Assembly: GCA_002269645.1 (NCBI GenBank)
Contig: NIVC01002445.1
Coordinates: 108,998 to 172,997, forward strand
Reading direction: 5' to 3'
Source: Macrostomum lignano
Lineage: Eukaryota
Length of the DNA stretch: 64,000 nucleotides
This document shows, one piece after another, positions 48,410 to 59,366 of this stretch; the stretch's first letter is position 1, and each line of letters opens with the position of its first letter. A program made the position numbers and the translations under genes. The notes under the pieces were generated by a model, which saw nothing but the letters and a program-made list of their open reading frames with translations, did not search any database and was not told the DNA's origin.

Positions 48410-50700
48410 AAAGAGGGGCAGGGTGGATACAGGGGCGATAGAGGGGCAGGGTGGATAGAGGGGCAGGGAAGATAGAGGGGCAGGGTGGATAGAGGGGCAG
48501 GGAGATAGAGGGGCAGGGAGGATAGAGGGGCAGGGAAGATAGAGGGGCAGGGAAGATAGAGGGGCAGGGAGGATACAGGGGCGATAGAGGGGCAGGGAGG
48601 ATAGAGGGGCAGGGTGGATAGAGGGGCAGGAAGATAGAGGGGCAGGGTGGATAGAGGGGCAGGAAGATAGAGGGGCAGGGTGGATAGAGGGGCAGGAAGA
48701 TAGAGGGGCAGGGAGGATAGAGGGGCAGGGAAGATAGAGGGGCAGGGTGGATAGAGGGGCAGGGAGATAGAGGGGCAGGGAGGATAGAGGGGCAGGGAAG
48801 ATAGAGGGGCAGGGAAGATAGAGGGGCAGGGAGGATACAGGGGCGATAGAAGGGCAGGGAGGATAGAGGGGCAGGGTGGATAGAGGGGCAGGAAGATAGA
48901 GGGGCAGGGTGGATAGAGGGGCAGGAAGATAGAGGGGCAGGGAGGATAGAGGGGCAGGGAAGATAGAGGGGCAGGGTGGATAGAGGGGCAGGGAGGATAG
49001 AGGGGCAGGGAAGATAGAGGGGCAGGGTGGATAGAGGGGCAGGAAGATAGAGGGGCAGGGAAGATAGAGGGGCAGGAAGATAGAGGGGCAGGAAGGATAG
49101 AGGGGCAGGGAAGATAGAGGGGCAGGGTGGATAGAGGGGCAGGGAGATAGAGGGGCAGGGAAGATAGAGAGGCAGGGAAGATAGAGGGGCAGGGAGGATA
49201 CAGGGGCGATAGAGGGCAGGGAGGATAGAGGGGCAGGGTGGATAGAGGGGCAGGAAGATAGAGGGGCAGGAAGATAGAGGGGCAGGGTGGATAGAGGGGC
49301 AGGAAGATAGAGGGGCAGGGTGGATAGAGGGGCAGGAAGATAGAGGGGCAGGGAGGATAGAGGGGCAGGGAAGATAGAGGGGCAGGGTGGATAGAGGGGC
49401 AGGGAGATAGAGGGGCAGGGAGGATAGAGGGGCAGGGAAGATAGAGGGGCAGGGAGGATACAGGGGCGATAGAGGGACAGGGAGGATAGAGGGGCAGGGT
49501 GGATAGAGGGGCAGGAAGATAGAGGGGCAGGGAGGATACAGGGGCGATAGAGGGACAGGGAGGATAGAGGGGCAGGGTGGATAGAGGGGCAGGGAAGATA
49601 GAGGGGCAGGGAAGATAGAGGGGCAGGGAGGATACAGGGGCGATAGAGGGGCAGGGAGGATAGAGGGGCAGGGTGATAGAGGGGCAGGGTGGATAGAGGG
49701 GCAGGAAGATAGAGGGGCAGGGTGGATAGAGGGGCAGGAAGATAGAGGGGCAGGGAGGATAGAGGGGCAGGGAAGATAGAGGGGCAGGGTGGATAGAGGG
49801 GCAGGGAGATAGAGGGGCAGGGAGGATAGAGGGGCAGGGAAGATAGAGGGGCAGGGTGGATAGAGGGGCAGGAAGATAGAGGGGCAGGGATAGATAGAGG
49901 GGCAGGGAGGATATAGGGGCAGGGAAGATAGAGGGGCAGGGAGATAGAGGGGCAGGGAAGATAGAGAGGCAGGGAAGATAGAGGGGCAGGGAGGATACAG
50001 GATAGAGGGGCAGGGAGGATAGAGGGGCAGGGTGGATAGAGGGGCAGGAAGATAGAGGGGCAGGGTGGATAGAGGGGCAGGAAGATAGAGGGGCAGGGTG
50101 GATAGAGGGGCAGGAAGATAGAGGGGCAGGGAGGATAGAGGGGCAGGGAAGATAGAGGGGCAGGGTGGATAGAGGGGCAGGGAGATAGAGGGGCAGGGAG
50201 GATAGAGGGGCAGGGAAGATAGAGGGGCAGGGAGGATACAGGGGCGATAGAGGGACAGGGAGGATAGAGGGGCAGGGTGGATAGAGGGGCAGGAAGATAG
50301 AGGGGCAGGGAGGATACAGGGGCGATAGAGGGACAGGGAGGATAGAGGGGCAGGGTGGATAGAGGGGCAGGAAGATAGAGGGGCAGGGAGGATAGAGGGG
50401 CAGGAAGATAGAGGGGCAGGGTGGATAGAGGGGCAGGGAAGATAGAGGGGCAGGGAGGATACAGGGGCGATAGAGGGGCAGGGAGGATAGAGGGGCAGGG
50501 AAGATAGAGGGGCAGGGAGGATACAGGGGCGATAGAGGGCCAGGGAGGATAGAGGGGCAGGGTGGATAGAGGGGCAGGAAGATAGAGGGGCAGGGAGGAT
50601 AGAGGGGCAGGGAAGATAGAGGGGCAGGGAGGATACAGGGGCGATAGAGGGGCAGGGAGGATACAGGGGCGATAGAGGGGCAGGGAAGATAGGGGGGTAG
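48410..50700. repeat. 17/18-bp purine-rich minisatellite
   Basis: GATAGAGGGGCAGG(GAG/GTG/GAA/AA) units; source of the 836-aa spurious ORF. Confidence 0.97.
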
Positions 50701-50897
50701 GGAGGTTAGAGGGGTAGGGATGATAGAGGAAGTATAGAGGGAATGGGACTATTACAGAGGCTGGGAGAGTGGCAGGGGTATAAACAGGAGCATGACAAGT
50801 CAATCTGCTCTACAAGTGCATCAAGGGAGAGCGGTTATTCGCAGCTCAGCATCGCAGAGTGCCTCCCGGGAGTTGGCATGGAACTGGCCGGATAAAT

Positions 50898-52405
50898 TCA
50901 AATGTTTTTGCTGAGCCTGCGCTTAAAAAGCGGAATTTTTCGAGCCGTCGTTTTTTCACTTCGCAGCGGAGAGTCGGGCAGCCATTTCCCAATTAGCATG
51001 GGAGCGGCAGGGCTGGGAACATCAAAATGAAGCCGTTTTAGTCCGGCTGGCGATTTCGGGGACTGCGCTGTCCGTGTGCCGAGCTGATTGTTAATTCTGC
51101 CGCTGCGATTCGGGATTAGTCTAGACAGATGAAGTGCTGGGAGGCTGGCTGCACTGGCTCGGGTGCATTGCCGGTTCAGTGGACTCGCGCCTGAGGTGAT
51201 CGGGATGGCTCGAGAGCTGCAAATTTAGAGGTCGGAGTGATTCTCAAGATGCTGTAGGAGTGATTCTCAAGATGCTGTAGGAGTGATTCTCAAGATGCTG
51301 TAGGAGCGATTCTCAAGATGCTGTAGGAGCGATTCTCAAGATGCTGTAGGAGCGATTCTCATGATGCTGTAGGAGTGATTCTCATGATGCTGTAAGGAGT
51401 GATTCTCATGATGCTGTAGGAGTGATTCTCATGATGCTGTAAGGAGTGATTCTCATGATGCTGTAGAAGTGATTCTCATGATGCTGTAGGAGCGATTCTC
51501 AAGATGCTGTAGAAGTGATTCTCAAGATGCTGTAGGAGTGATTCTCAAGATGCTGTAGGAGCGATTCTCAAGATGTAGGAGCGATTCTCAAGATGCTGTA
51601 GGGGCGATTCTCATGATGCTGTAGGAGTGATTCTCATGATGCTGTAAGGAGTGATTCTCATGATGCTGTAGAAGTGATTCTCATGATGCTGTAGGAGCGA
51701 TTCTTATGATGCTGTAGCCTGTAGGAGTGATTCTCAAGGTGCTGTATGGGCGATTCTCATGATGTTAGGGACATTCCGCAGTTTGGTTTAAGGGTGATTA
51801 AATATTAAGGCAAGGTTATGGGTTTTGGCATGTATATCAAAGCGATCTTATAGAAAAAATTAAAAATCAGAAAATAGTATTCCAAATTCAGAATGACTTC
51901 AACTGTGCTAACTGTGTCACGTCCTCCAATCCTGTTATGTAATTTTTAAAATATAAGCAGGTTGCTGCCATGGGTTATCTTTAAGAGATTTTAAGAGATT
52001 TGGGCCAAAAATGAACCAGAAACAGCATATATTAGTTGGGGAGAAGTGGGAGTGGTTGTTAGAGATGAGAGCTGACGTGACTCATTTCAGCCGAAATCAA
52101 AAGGAAACAATGGCTTGGGAAACCGGCCACTTGTTCAAGCAGTTGGTGGGGTGGGGGGGTTGCCGCTGCAATCTGCAATTTTGCTTTGGCAAACGGATCG
52201 CTGCAGTCTGACAAATTTGCTTGCAGGGGGGGGGAGCTGATTGGTGTTTAATTTTAGCCATTGGCAAGCCCGATTTGGGCGTTGGCGCCGGCGGTCGCTG
52301 CATTTTGAATTGATGCCAGCTTTGCACTTTAGGCGCTGATACAATGGGCTGACGGCACCACTGCCGGCCTGCGACAGTTGGACATTGGCTGCCTTCGGAT
52401 TCCAT
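50898..52405 (-). CDS. Candidate two-exon gene for a basic, SP-rich ~197-aa protein of unknown function
   Basis: ATG 52405 to a weak donor at 52131 (AA|GTGGCC); acceptor TTTGCAG at 51217; 106 stop-free codons to TGA 50898; phases match; the intron holds a minisatellite as in the verified genes. No homology recognised. Confidence 0.3.
51235..51765. repeat. 23-bp minisatellite
   Basis: GATTCTCA(A/T)GATGCTGTAGGAG(T/C) units. Confidence 0.95.
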
Positions 52406-54694
52406 TGTACATTGTCTTTTACATTGTACTCTTAAGTTCTATACCAAGCCCGATGGCGCTAAACAAGTAGTTGAAGACGCACACGTCTTTTTGCCACCCA
52501 CCAGTGAACGGGCTTCTTTTTAGACGTGGGTCTTCATACTACTTGACAAACCTAGTTTTGTACCGATGAAAAAAAACTTTGAGAAGCTCAAGAAAAATGA
52601 AAATCTGTTCTGTTTCTCTCCTCTCTAATCTCTCTCTCTAGTCTCCCCTCTGCTCTCGCTTCTCTCGATCGTCTTATCTCTTATCTCCTCTTTTCTCTTC
52701 TTCCTCTATTCTCTTTCGTTTCCTCTCTCATCTGGCCCGCAGCCATGAACTGGAATCTTCTATAATAGGCCCTCGATCTAAAAAATTGTCAAAGTCTCCA
52801 GAGCGTTGAAGGGTTATACCAACCCCATTAAGCTGGTTGTTTCGGCGCAAGATCCTCTTAGCATCAGCTTAAGTGCTTGGAAAGTCAGGCCAGTTTTGTG
52901 GGACATATTATAATACTCGTACTCTCAATTAGATTGTACACTAAACTGGCATAGATACCCTAAGCCTATTCCTCTTCTCCAACGGGGTTGCAAAGAAAGC
53001 TATAAATAAAGTCATTTCAAAACACTGTACATTGCTACTTCATAAGCCGTATCTCACCTTTTGGTCTGGGGAAGGGATTGTACACGTAGTGACTTGGAGC
53101 TTGCCACCCGCTAAACTTTGTCAATTTAAATGTGCAGTTAAAGAGTTAAATTTAATACTAAGTTCTAATCACGTGACGCCTGTTTATCGATCTAATTTTC
53201 CTTGGTCTGTGCGCGAAGCAAATGAAGCTCTATTGACGCCCCTCCGGCCCAAGCCCCCACGTCGTCACTCGTCACAGCCCCCCCCCCACTTAGAAGGGAC
53301 GGAAGTGTACATTGTATGTACGATTATTCCTTCCTTTCCTTTCCTTTCCTTCCTAACCAGCTTAACTCGGCCCAACGCCAAAGCCATGCAAGCAATCGCA
53401 TGCAAATGCAAATTATGCAATGTATGCAATTATGCAAATTATGCAGCATAATCTGATGAATTTTGGTGCAAAAAGGCATTTTTTACCTGAGAAGAACAAC
53501 GAATGGTTATGAAACTCAAGAAATTTGCTAAATTAACTGTATAGAACACCGTGTATTGGTTTCAGTGCAAAATTCCTACCATTACCCGGTTAATTACGAG
53601 CGTAGCCCCGGAAGTAGCAAAAGTGTCACAAATCAAGTTTTCAGTTTTTTATCGATAATTTTTTACCCAATGATTGAACCGAATCTCTAGAAATTGCACA
53701 CAAATAGGCCTCGTTATGTGGGAAATCAGGCGTCATAAAAATATTGCCGTCCTATGGCGTTTTTTGCCTGATTTCAAGCCAAATATTAAAAAATCACTAC
53801 TCTGATCGATTTCCAATCACTTTTGACACAAGAGCACTTGTTGCAGACACTCAAAAACTTGGTCAATTAAAGCCCGACATTAGTACAACTAATTGCAGTG
53901 TCCGCATTTGATCTACCATTCTTTTAAAATATTAATCATCCATTTTTCGGGCACCGAATCAGCCAAAATTCACAAATTATCGATTTCTGATCGATTTTTC
54001 AACCCGAAAGCATCGAAATCAGACGGCGGCAATTTATAGTACAGCAACTTTGCTGTAGAAATTTGAAATCGGCTTTATTCGCACCATGTTCTCAAAATTA
54101 TAATGAGCAATAAATGCGAAACTCATGTGATTTTTTGAAAAATCGATTCTTGTAGATTTTCTCAGCACTGCAGATTGCAGAATCGTAGGAAAACAAAACT
54201 TTAGACACTTGTAGATTTTTGCATTGCGCATCTAACTGCACTGCTTTGAAGCCGAAACTCAAAAAGCTTCGTAGGAAAGTGGGGAAATAATAAAATGAGG
54301 GTCTTTTTTACCCAAAAAACCCACCAAAACTGAATAAAGATGTCGAAATAAATTAAAGCGCCATATACCATTTTGTAGTAAATTTAGTTTTACAACTTTG
54401 ATCCTCAGATGTCGAAGCCGTATCTCGTAAGGTGTACCAGAATTTTGAGATCTCCCAGAAGCACTTTTGAAAAAAGTCTTTCCACTTAATTTACGGCTTA
54501 GTAATAAAATCTCTGCACTTAAAAGTATATTCATTCGATAGATCTAAAAGTTTTCTATCGATCGACACCTCACTCAACTCAATCGGTGCAGTGGTTGCCA
54601 AATAGGAGCATTTTTTGGCGAAAAAAACGTGAAATTTAAAAATGCATGGGAGTCTAACTTATTTACCGGCGGCGCCGGGCTCGGCTCATTCACT

Positions 54695-54815
54695 GGTGGA
54701 ACTAGAGCTGGTATAGACATCACAACTAGAGCTGGTATAGGCATCACTACTAGAGCTGGTATAGACATCACAACTAGAGCTGGTATAGGCATCACAACTA
54801 GAGCTGGTATAGACG
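54695..54815. repeat. Short ~24-bp tandem repeat
   Basis: ACTAGAGCTGGTATAG(A/G)CATCACA x~5. Confidence 0.85.
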
Positions 54816-56009
54816 CCAAACAGCCGGGGCCTCTGATATCGAATGTCAGACTGGCCCAGTTGAGTATAAATTAGCCATTGCCCGATGAAAATCGCAGGCA
54901 GGCTGTTGTGCGCAGCTTCCTGTTATTTCTGCTCGATGCTTTCAGGTGCAAATAATTGTAAGCCATAAAAGCGGAGGATTTACGCTGCTTTTAGCCGATG
55001 GGGGAGGACCGGCATCCTTCATCCTGCTTGCTTGGGATCGAGTGGAGTTGTGGGTGCCCGGGTTTGCAGATCAAACGAGTGGCAGCCCACATCTCCTTAA
55101 TTGAGTTATCAACACGGCTGCCCCTGTGCTCAGATATCGCCGATTTGCAATAAATATCCGATATCCCCATTTTTTGCTTCTCCTCCCATGGGGTCCCGGC
55201 CGGTTTCAGACCCCCCCCCCAGTAAAAGGCTTGTAGGGGAATGATGACGAGAGGCGTCAAATAAAGATGCTAACAAAATCGGCAGATCAGCAGACAGCTC
55301 AGAGCTAATTATTCATTCCGGTCAAGCGCGGGTTGTTAAAGTGCGCCCAAATGCAGCAGAGGCTGAATCAATATTTCAAGTTTGCACTAATTTATTTTTG
55401 GCCCGCTTGCGTGTTTGCCATCGCCTGCCTGCTACAGTCAGCATTGCTATTATTACCATGATGACTCAAGCCCGATTGCTGCGGAGTCCGGGCTTGAGCA
55501 CGTGTGTGGGCGGCTGCTCTCGGTTGCTGGGAGACCGACAGTAGAGAAGGAAACTAGCAACGTCGCTGACAATACCATCCGGTTGCTACGAGAGTTTCAA
55601 ACTCCTATGAAGAGACGAAGAGCCACTGTGTCTCGTAAAGTGGCGATCGATACCGGATCCTGAATGGTAAAGATTCTATTTTAATCATAGATTCATAGAC
55701 CATGAAGTTCAACCATAGACAATCAATCCTGGCGCTGGAGAGAAGACTGCAACTGAAAGCTACGAGTATAATAGTTGCCACTATAAAAAAAACAAAAAAA
55801 TGAATTTCTTTCACCTTAGACCCAAAGGTGATTTTGCCATAGAAAAAATCAATTCTGTTCGCTTGATCGTGAAAGACTGATCAATTGACGTATTCTCACC
55901 GATTAGGGCTATTTAAATTAAAATTGCTACTCAACTCCAACCTGAGCACCGCACTTACAAGGGGGGCTTCAGGACGCACCCACACAAGGCTTCACCAGAG
56001 TCTGGACGC

Positions 56010-56120
56010 AGTGGTACAGCCTGGGGCTGGCACACATTGGCCGGTACGCCTCGGTAAGCTCTGGCGGGTCTTAATTCGATTGCTCTAGATTGAGTTAAGT
56101 AAGAGACCGTCTTTCCGGCT
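56010..56120 (-). ncRNA. Spliced-leader-RNA-like locus (diverged paralogue or pseudogene); 3' end uncertain
   Basis: Minus strand reads GCCGGAAAGACGGTCTCTTACTTAACTCAATCTAGAGCAATCG, versus the M. lignano SL as I recall it, CCGTAAAGACGGTCTCTTACTGCGAAGACTCAATTTATTGCATG: 20 of the first 21 nt identical, then ACTCAATxTAxxGCA. Confidence 0.55.
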
Positions 56121-56969
56121 AGCAAGGAGAGCAAATCAAGACGTGAACACGACACCACACCCCAACACACGGCGTCAGTAATTAAATATCTACGGCCCGC
56201 GGAGGGGGGGGGAGGCCAACAGCCCTCCAACCCACCACCCCATCGATCCCAACCCGCGCCAGCCAACCACACCGCCAGGGGGGGGAGGAAACACCGATCC
56301 CCCCGCCGCTCGGCCCAGCCAATCAGAACGCAGTAAGCAACAAATAGTACAGAAGCTCAACGATAAGTCGCAGTAAAAAAACGCCCGGCTTGAACCAATT
56401 GATGCATGTGGGGACAAACTGAGTCAACCTGGCACTGAAACAAAAGTGCATGCAGAAAACAACAGTAATAAAAGTATTGAGTGCAAGTTTCACTAATAGA
56501 TCGATAAAATTGACTCTTAGTCACTCAGAAGTTAGCAATGGAAAATCTTTTTTAAAATGAACATTACTACGCCTTTACACTTTCATTAAGCCTGGAGACG
56601 AAAAAAAGCTTTAATGTTTCAAGCAATTTAGCCAGCCCATCTTGGTCTGGGGGACAGATTGGCATTGTATGTATTGAGGCAATGCTGCCAGTGTTTGTAC
56701 TACAGCCGGGTAGGGACCGAGAGAGTTTCCAATTGGTGAAAAGGTGCCTTCGCAACCAACGCCCTTGAAGCTAATTTTTTGTTTGCTACGTCAATCAGGG
56801 CCAAAGCCAGTGGGAGCCGGGGCGGGCGGCCTCCTCACTCCGCCGCCCTCTCGCCCCCCCCCCCCCGGCGGGTCAGATTGCGTGTATTTAAGCTGCGGCA
56901 CGGGCCGCCCCAGCTGCCCTTACGCCACCAGCTCAGGCGCAACACTCGACAGCTACTCTCGAATCCGAC

Positions 56970-57380
56970 ATGCCGACTGCCGCGCACTGCCGCCAGCCGC
57001 CGCCGCTGGCCCTGCTACTGGCTCTGCTATTAATTTGCCTGGGCGCCCAGCTGCCAAAAGCGGCGGCGCAGAACGCCGAGGTCGAACGAATCTGCGGCCA
57101 AAATCCGTTCGAAAGGCTGAAGCAGATCGCCGAAAATATTCTGCAGAGAACTCTAACAGGCCGTGAGTAGCTGCTCAGGTTGCTAACCGATAATATCAAA
57201 CAGCTTAAACTTCGCGTTGCTAACCCCGGCAGCCACTCCCTTTATTCCGGTAATTTTGCAGCCGAGTTCCACATCCTGTTCAACCGGGCGCTTAGCGATC
57301 CGGAGAAGGGCCCGCGGCTGAAGGCTGCGGTCACCCGCTACCAGGAGTGCAGCCTGGGCGTGGAGAACAGCCACTTCTGA
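56970..57380 (+). CDS. Small secreted orphan protein, 103 aa
   Basis: Exons 56970-57162 (C|GTGAGT) and 57262-57380 (TTTTGCAG|), phase 1. Signal peptide LALLLALLLICLGA..AAA, mature part helical-looking with two Cys (ICGQNPF...YQECSLG); GC-rich coding-like codons. Confidence 0.65.
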
Positions 57381-58429
57381 ACTGGTGGCGCAATGCTAAC
57401 TGACTGAAATAGACACACCCGCACCTGGCCTACTCACCGGGCAGTGTTTAATCAAGCACCTCTTATTCACTCACCTCTTCCGGCACCAGTTTTGTGTTAT
57501 TCAATTCAATTTTAATCGGGTCGCAACAGCGAAATACAAATTTGAGCTAGACAAATTCGAGGACATGAGTCAACCTCATCTCAACCGGGTATCTGATTAT
57601 AAACTAACAGCTTTTGAGCAAGCAAAATAAAAACAATTGAGAGGATGCGTCTGTTACCGTGATGGCTTTTTGCAATTATTGTTATCAGCTTGTAGAAGAA
57701 ATCAGATTAGTTGCGAAGAGAGTAAAGCAACCCCACAGGCCGAAGGGATTGTGATTGATTCTATGGAAGGTCTAATCATTGTGGCAATCACGAGTTGTAT
57801 TAGGCTATTATTAATATAGATAATTGGGCGAATGTCTGGTGGAGTGAGCCTGTTCATAATTAGTGTTATTGTAATGCACTTATTTAAATAAATAAGCAGA
57901 GCAAATGTGATTGAAGTTGCCAGTGAGATACACAAATATGCGGCCACATATAAGAGGGTTTTAGAGAGAAAAAATATCGACAAAGGAGCGGTTGGCAACT
58001 ACATGTATCTACTGTCTAAGTTAATTTGAAGCAAAGAAGACAGACAGAAGCAGAAAAAATGATCGGAATAGCGTAGACTTCAAGTGTTCAGTAAAAATAA
58101 AACTTCAACAAATTAAAAACTAAGGCCTTCAATAATAGAAAATATCGAATATAGATTAATTGGCCCAGCTTCACTTCACGCAATCCAGAAACCCGATAGG
58201 CCAAGGTAATAAAATTTAATCGATAATTGAGGCATCTGACCTAATTTCATGGTGGATGTCCTCGGCAGACCTCGCAAAGTGCAAAGCTAAATTTAGCAAC
58301 AGAAACACAGCAAGAAAAAGTCGGTGTAACTAGGATTCCTGGTTCTCCGAATACATAATATTGCAGCGGGAACCCCCCACGCCTCCGTGCGTGCTTTTAA
58401 CGTCGATTTCACTGCCACTATTTGACTGC

Positions 58430-59150
58430 CGACCAAACCCCAACCACAACCAAAACCCCAACCACAACCCCAACCCCAACCACAACCCCAACCACAACCA
58501 CAACCCCAACCCCAACCCCAACCACAACCCCAACCACAGCCCCAACCCCAACCTCAATCACAACACCAACCATAATCACAACACCAAATCAAACACAACC
58601 CCAACCCCAACCACAACCACAACCCCAAACCAAACTACAACCCCAAACCAAACCACAACCCCAACCACAACCCCAACCCCAACCACAACCCCAACCACAA
58701 CCACAACCCCAACCCCAACCCCAACCACAACCCCAACCACAGCCCCAACCCCAACCTCAATCACAACACCAACCATAATCACAACACCAAATCAAACACA
58801 ACCCCAACCCCAACCACAACCACAACCCCAAACCAAACTACAACCCCAAACCAAACTACAACCCCAAACCAAACCACAACCCCAACCACAACCCCAATCA
58901 CAACACCAAATCAACCACAATTCCAACCACAACTCCAACCCCAGTCACAACATCAACCACAACCACAACACGAAATCAACCACAATTCCAACCACAACCC
59001 CAACCCCAGTCACAACATCAACCACAACCACAACACGAAATCAACCACAATTCCAACCACAACCCCAACCCCAGTCACAACATCAACCACAACCACAACC
59101 CCAACCCCAGTCACAACCCCAACCCCAACCACAACCGCAACCCAAAAATA
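58430..59150. repeat. Degenerate AACCCC/AACCAC hexamer array
   Basis: C/A-only low-complexity tract giving PT/PQ ORFs. Confidence 0.9.
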
Positions 59151-59366
59151 ATCGGCAGTCAAAAGCCGGGCTCCCGATTTAGACAGGCCTAGCATTCAGA
59201 ATTCCCTACGGAGAACTAACTTGACGATATGTTTAGAAAACCAATTTATCCCAAAGGTAGGCGAAGACAGCACCAACTTGAAGATTAATTACGAGCGTAT
59301 AATTGACAATATAATGTAAGGTAGGCCACAGAACATCATCCTCTCCATTAGAATCTGCGCTGGAAT

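Noticed and set aside
48293-50803. 836-aa Pro/Leu/Ser ORF
   Set aside because: Translation of a pyrimidine-rich minisatellite strand that lacks stops; no signal, domain or splice context.
58430-59150. Interstitial telomere or mucin-like gene (273-aa PT/PQ ORF)
   Set aside because: Units are degenerate AACCCC/AACCAC, not TTAGGG; the ORF has no signal peptide or splice support.
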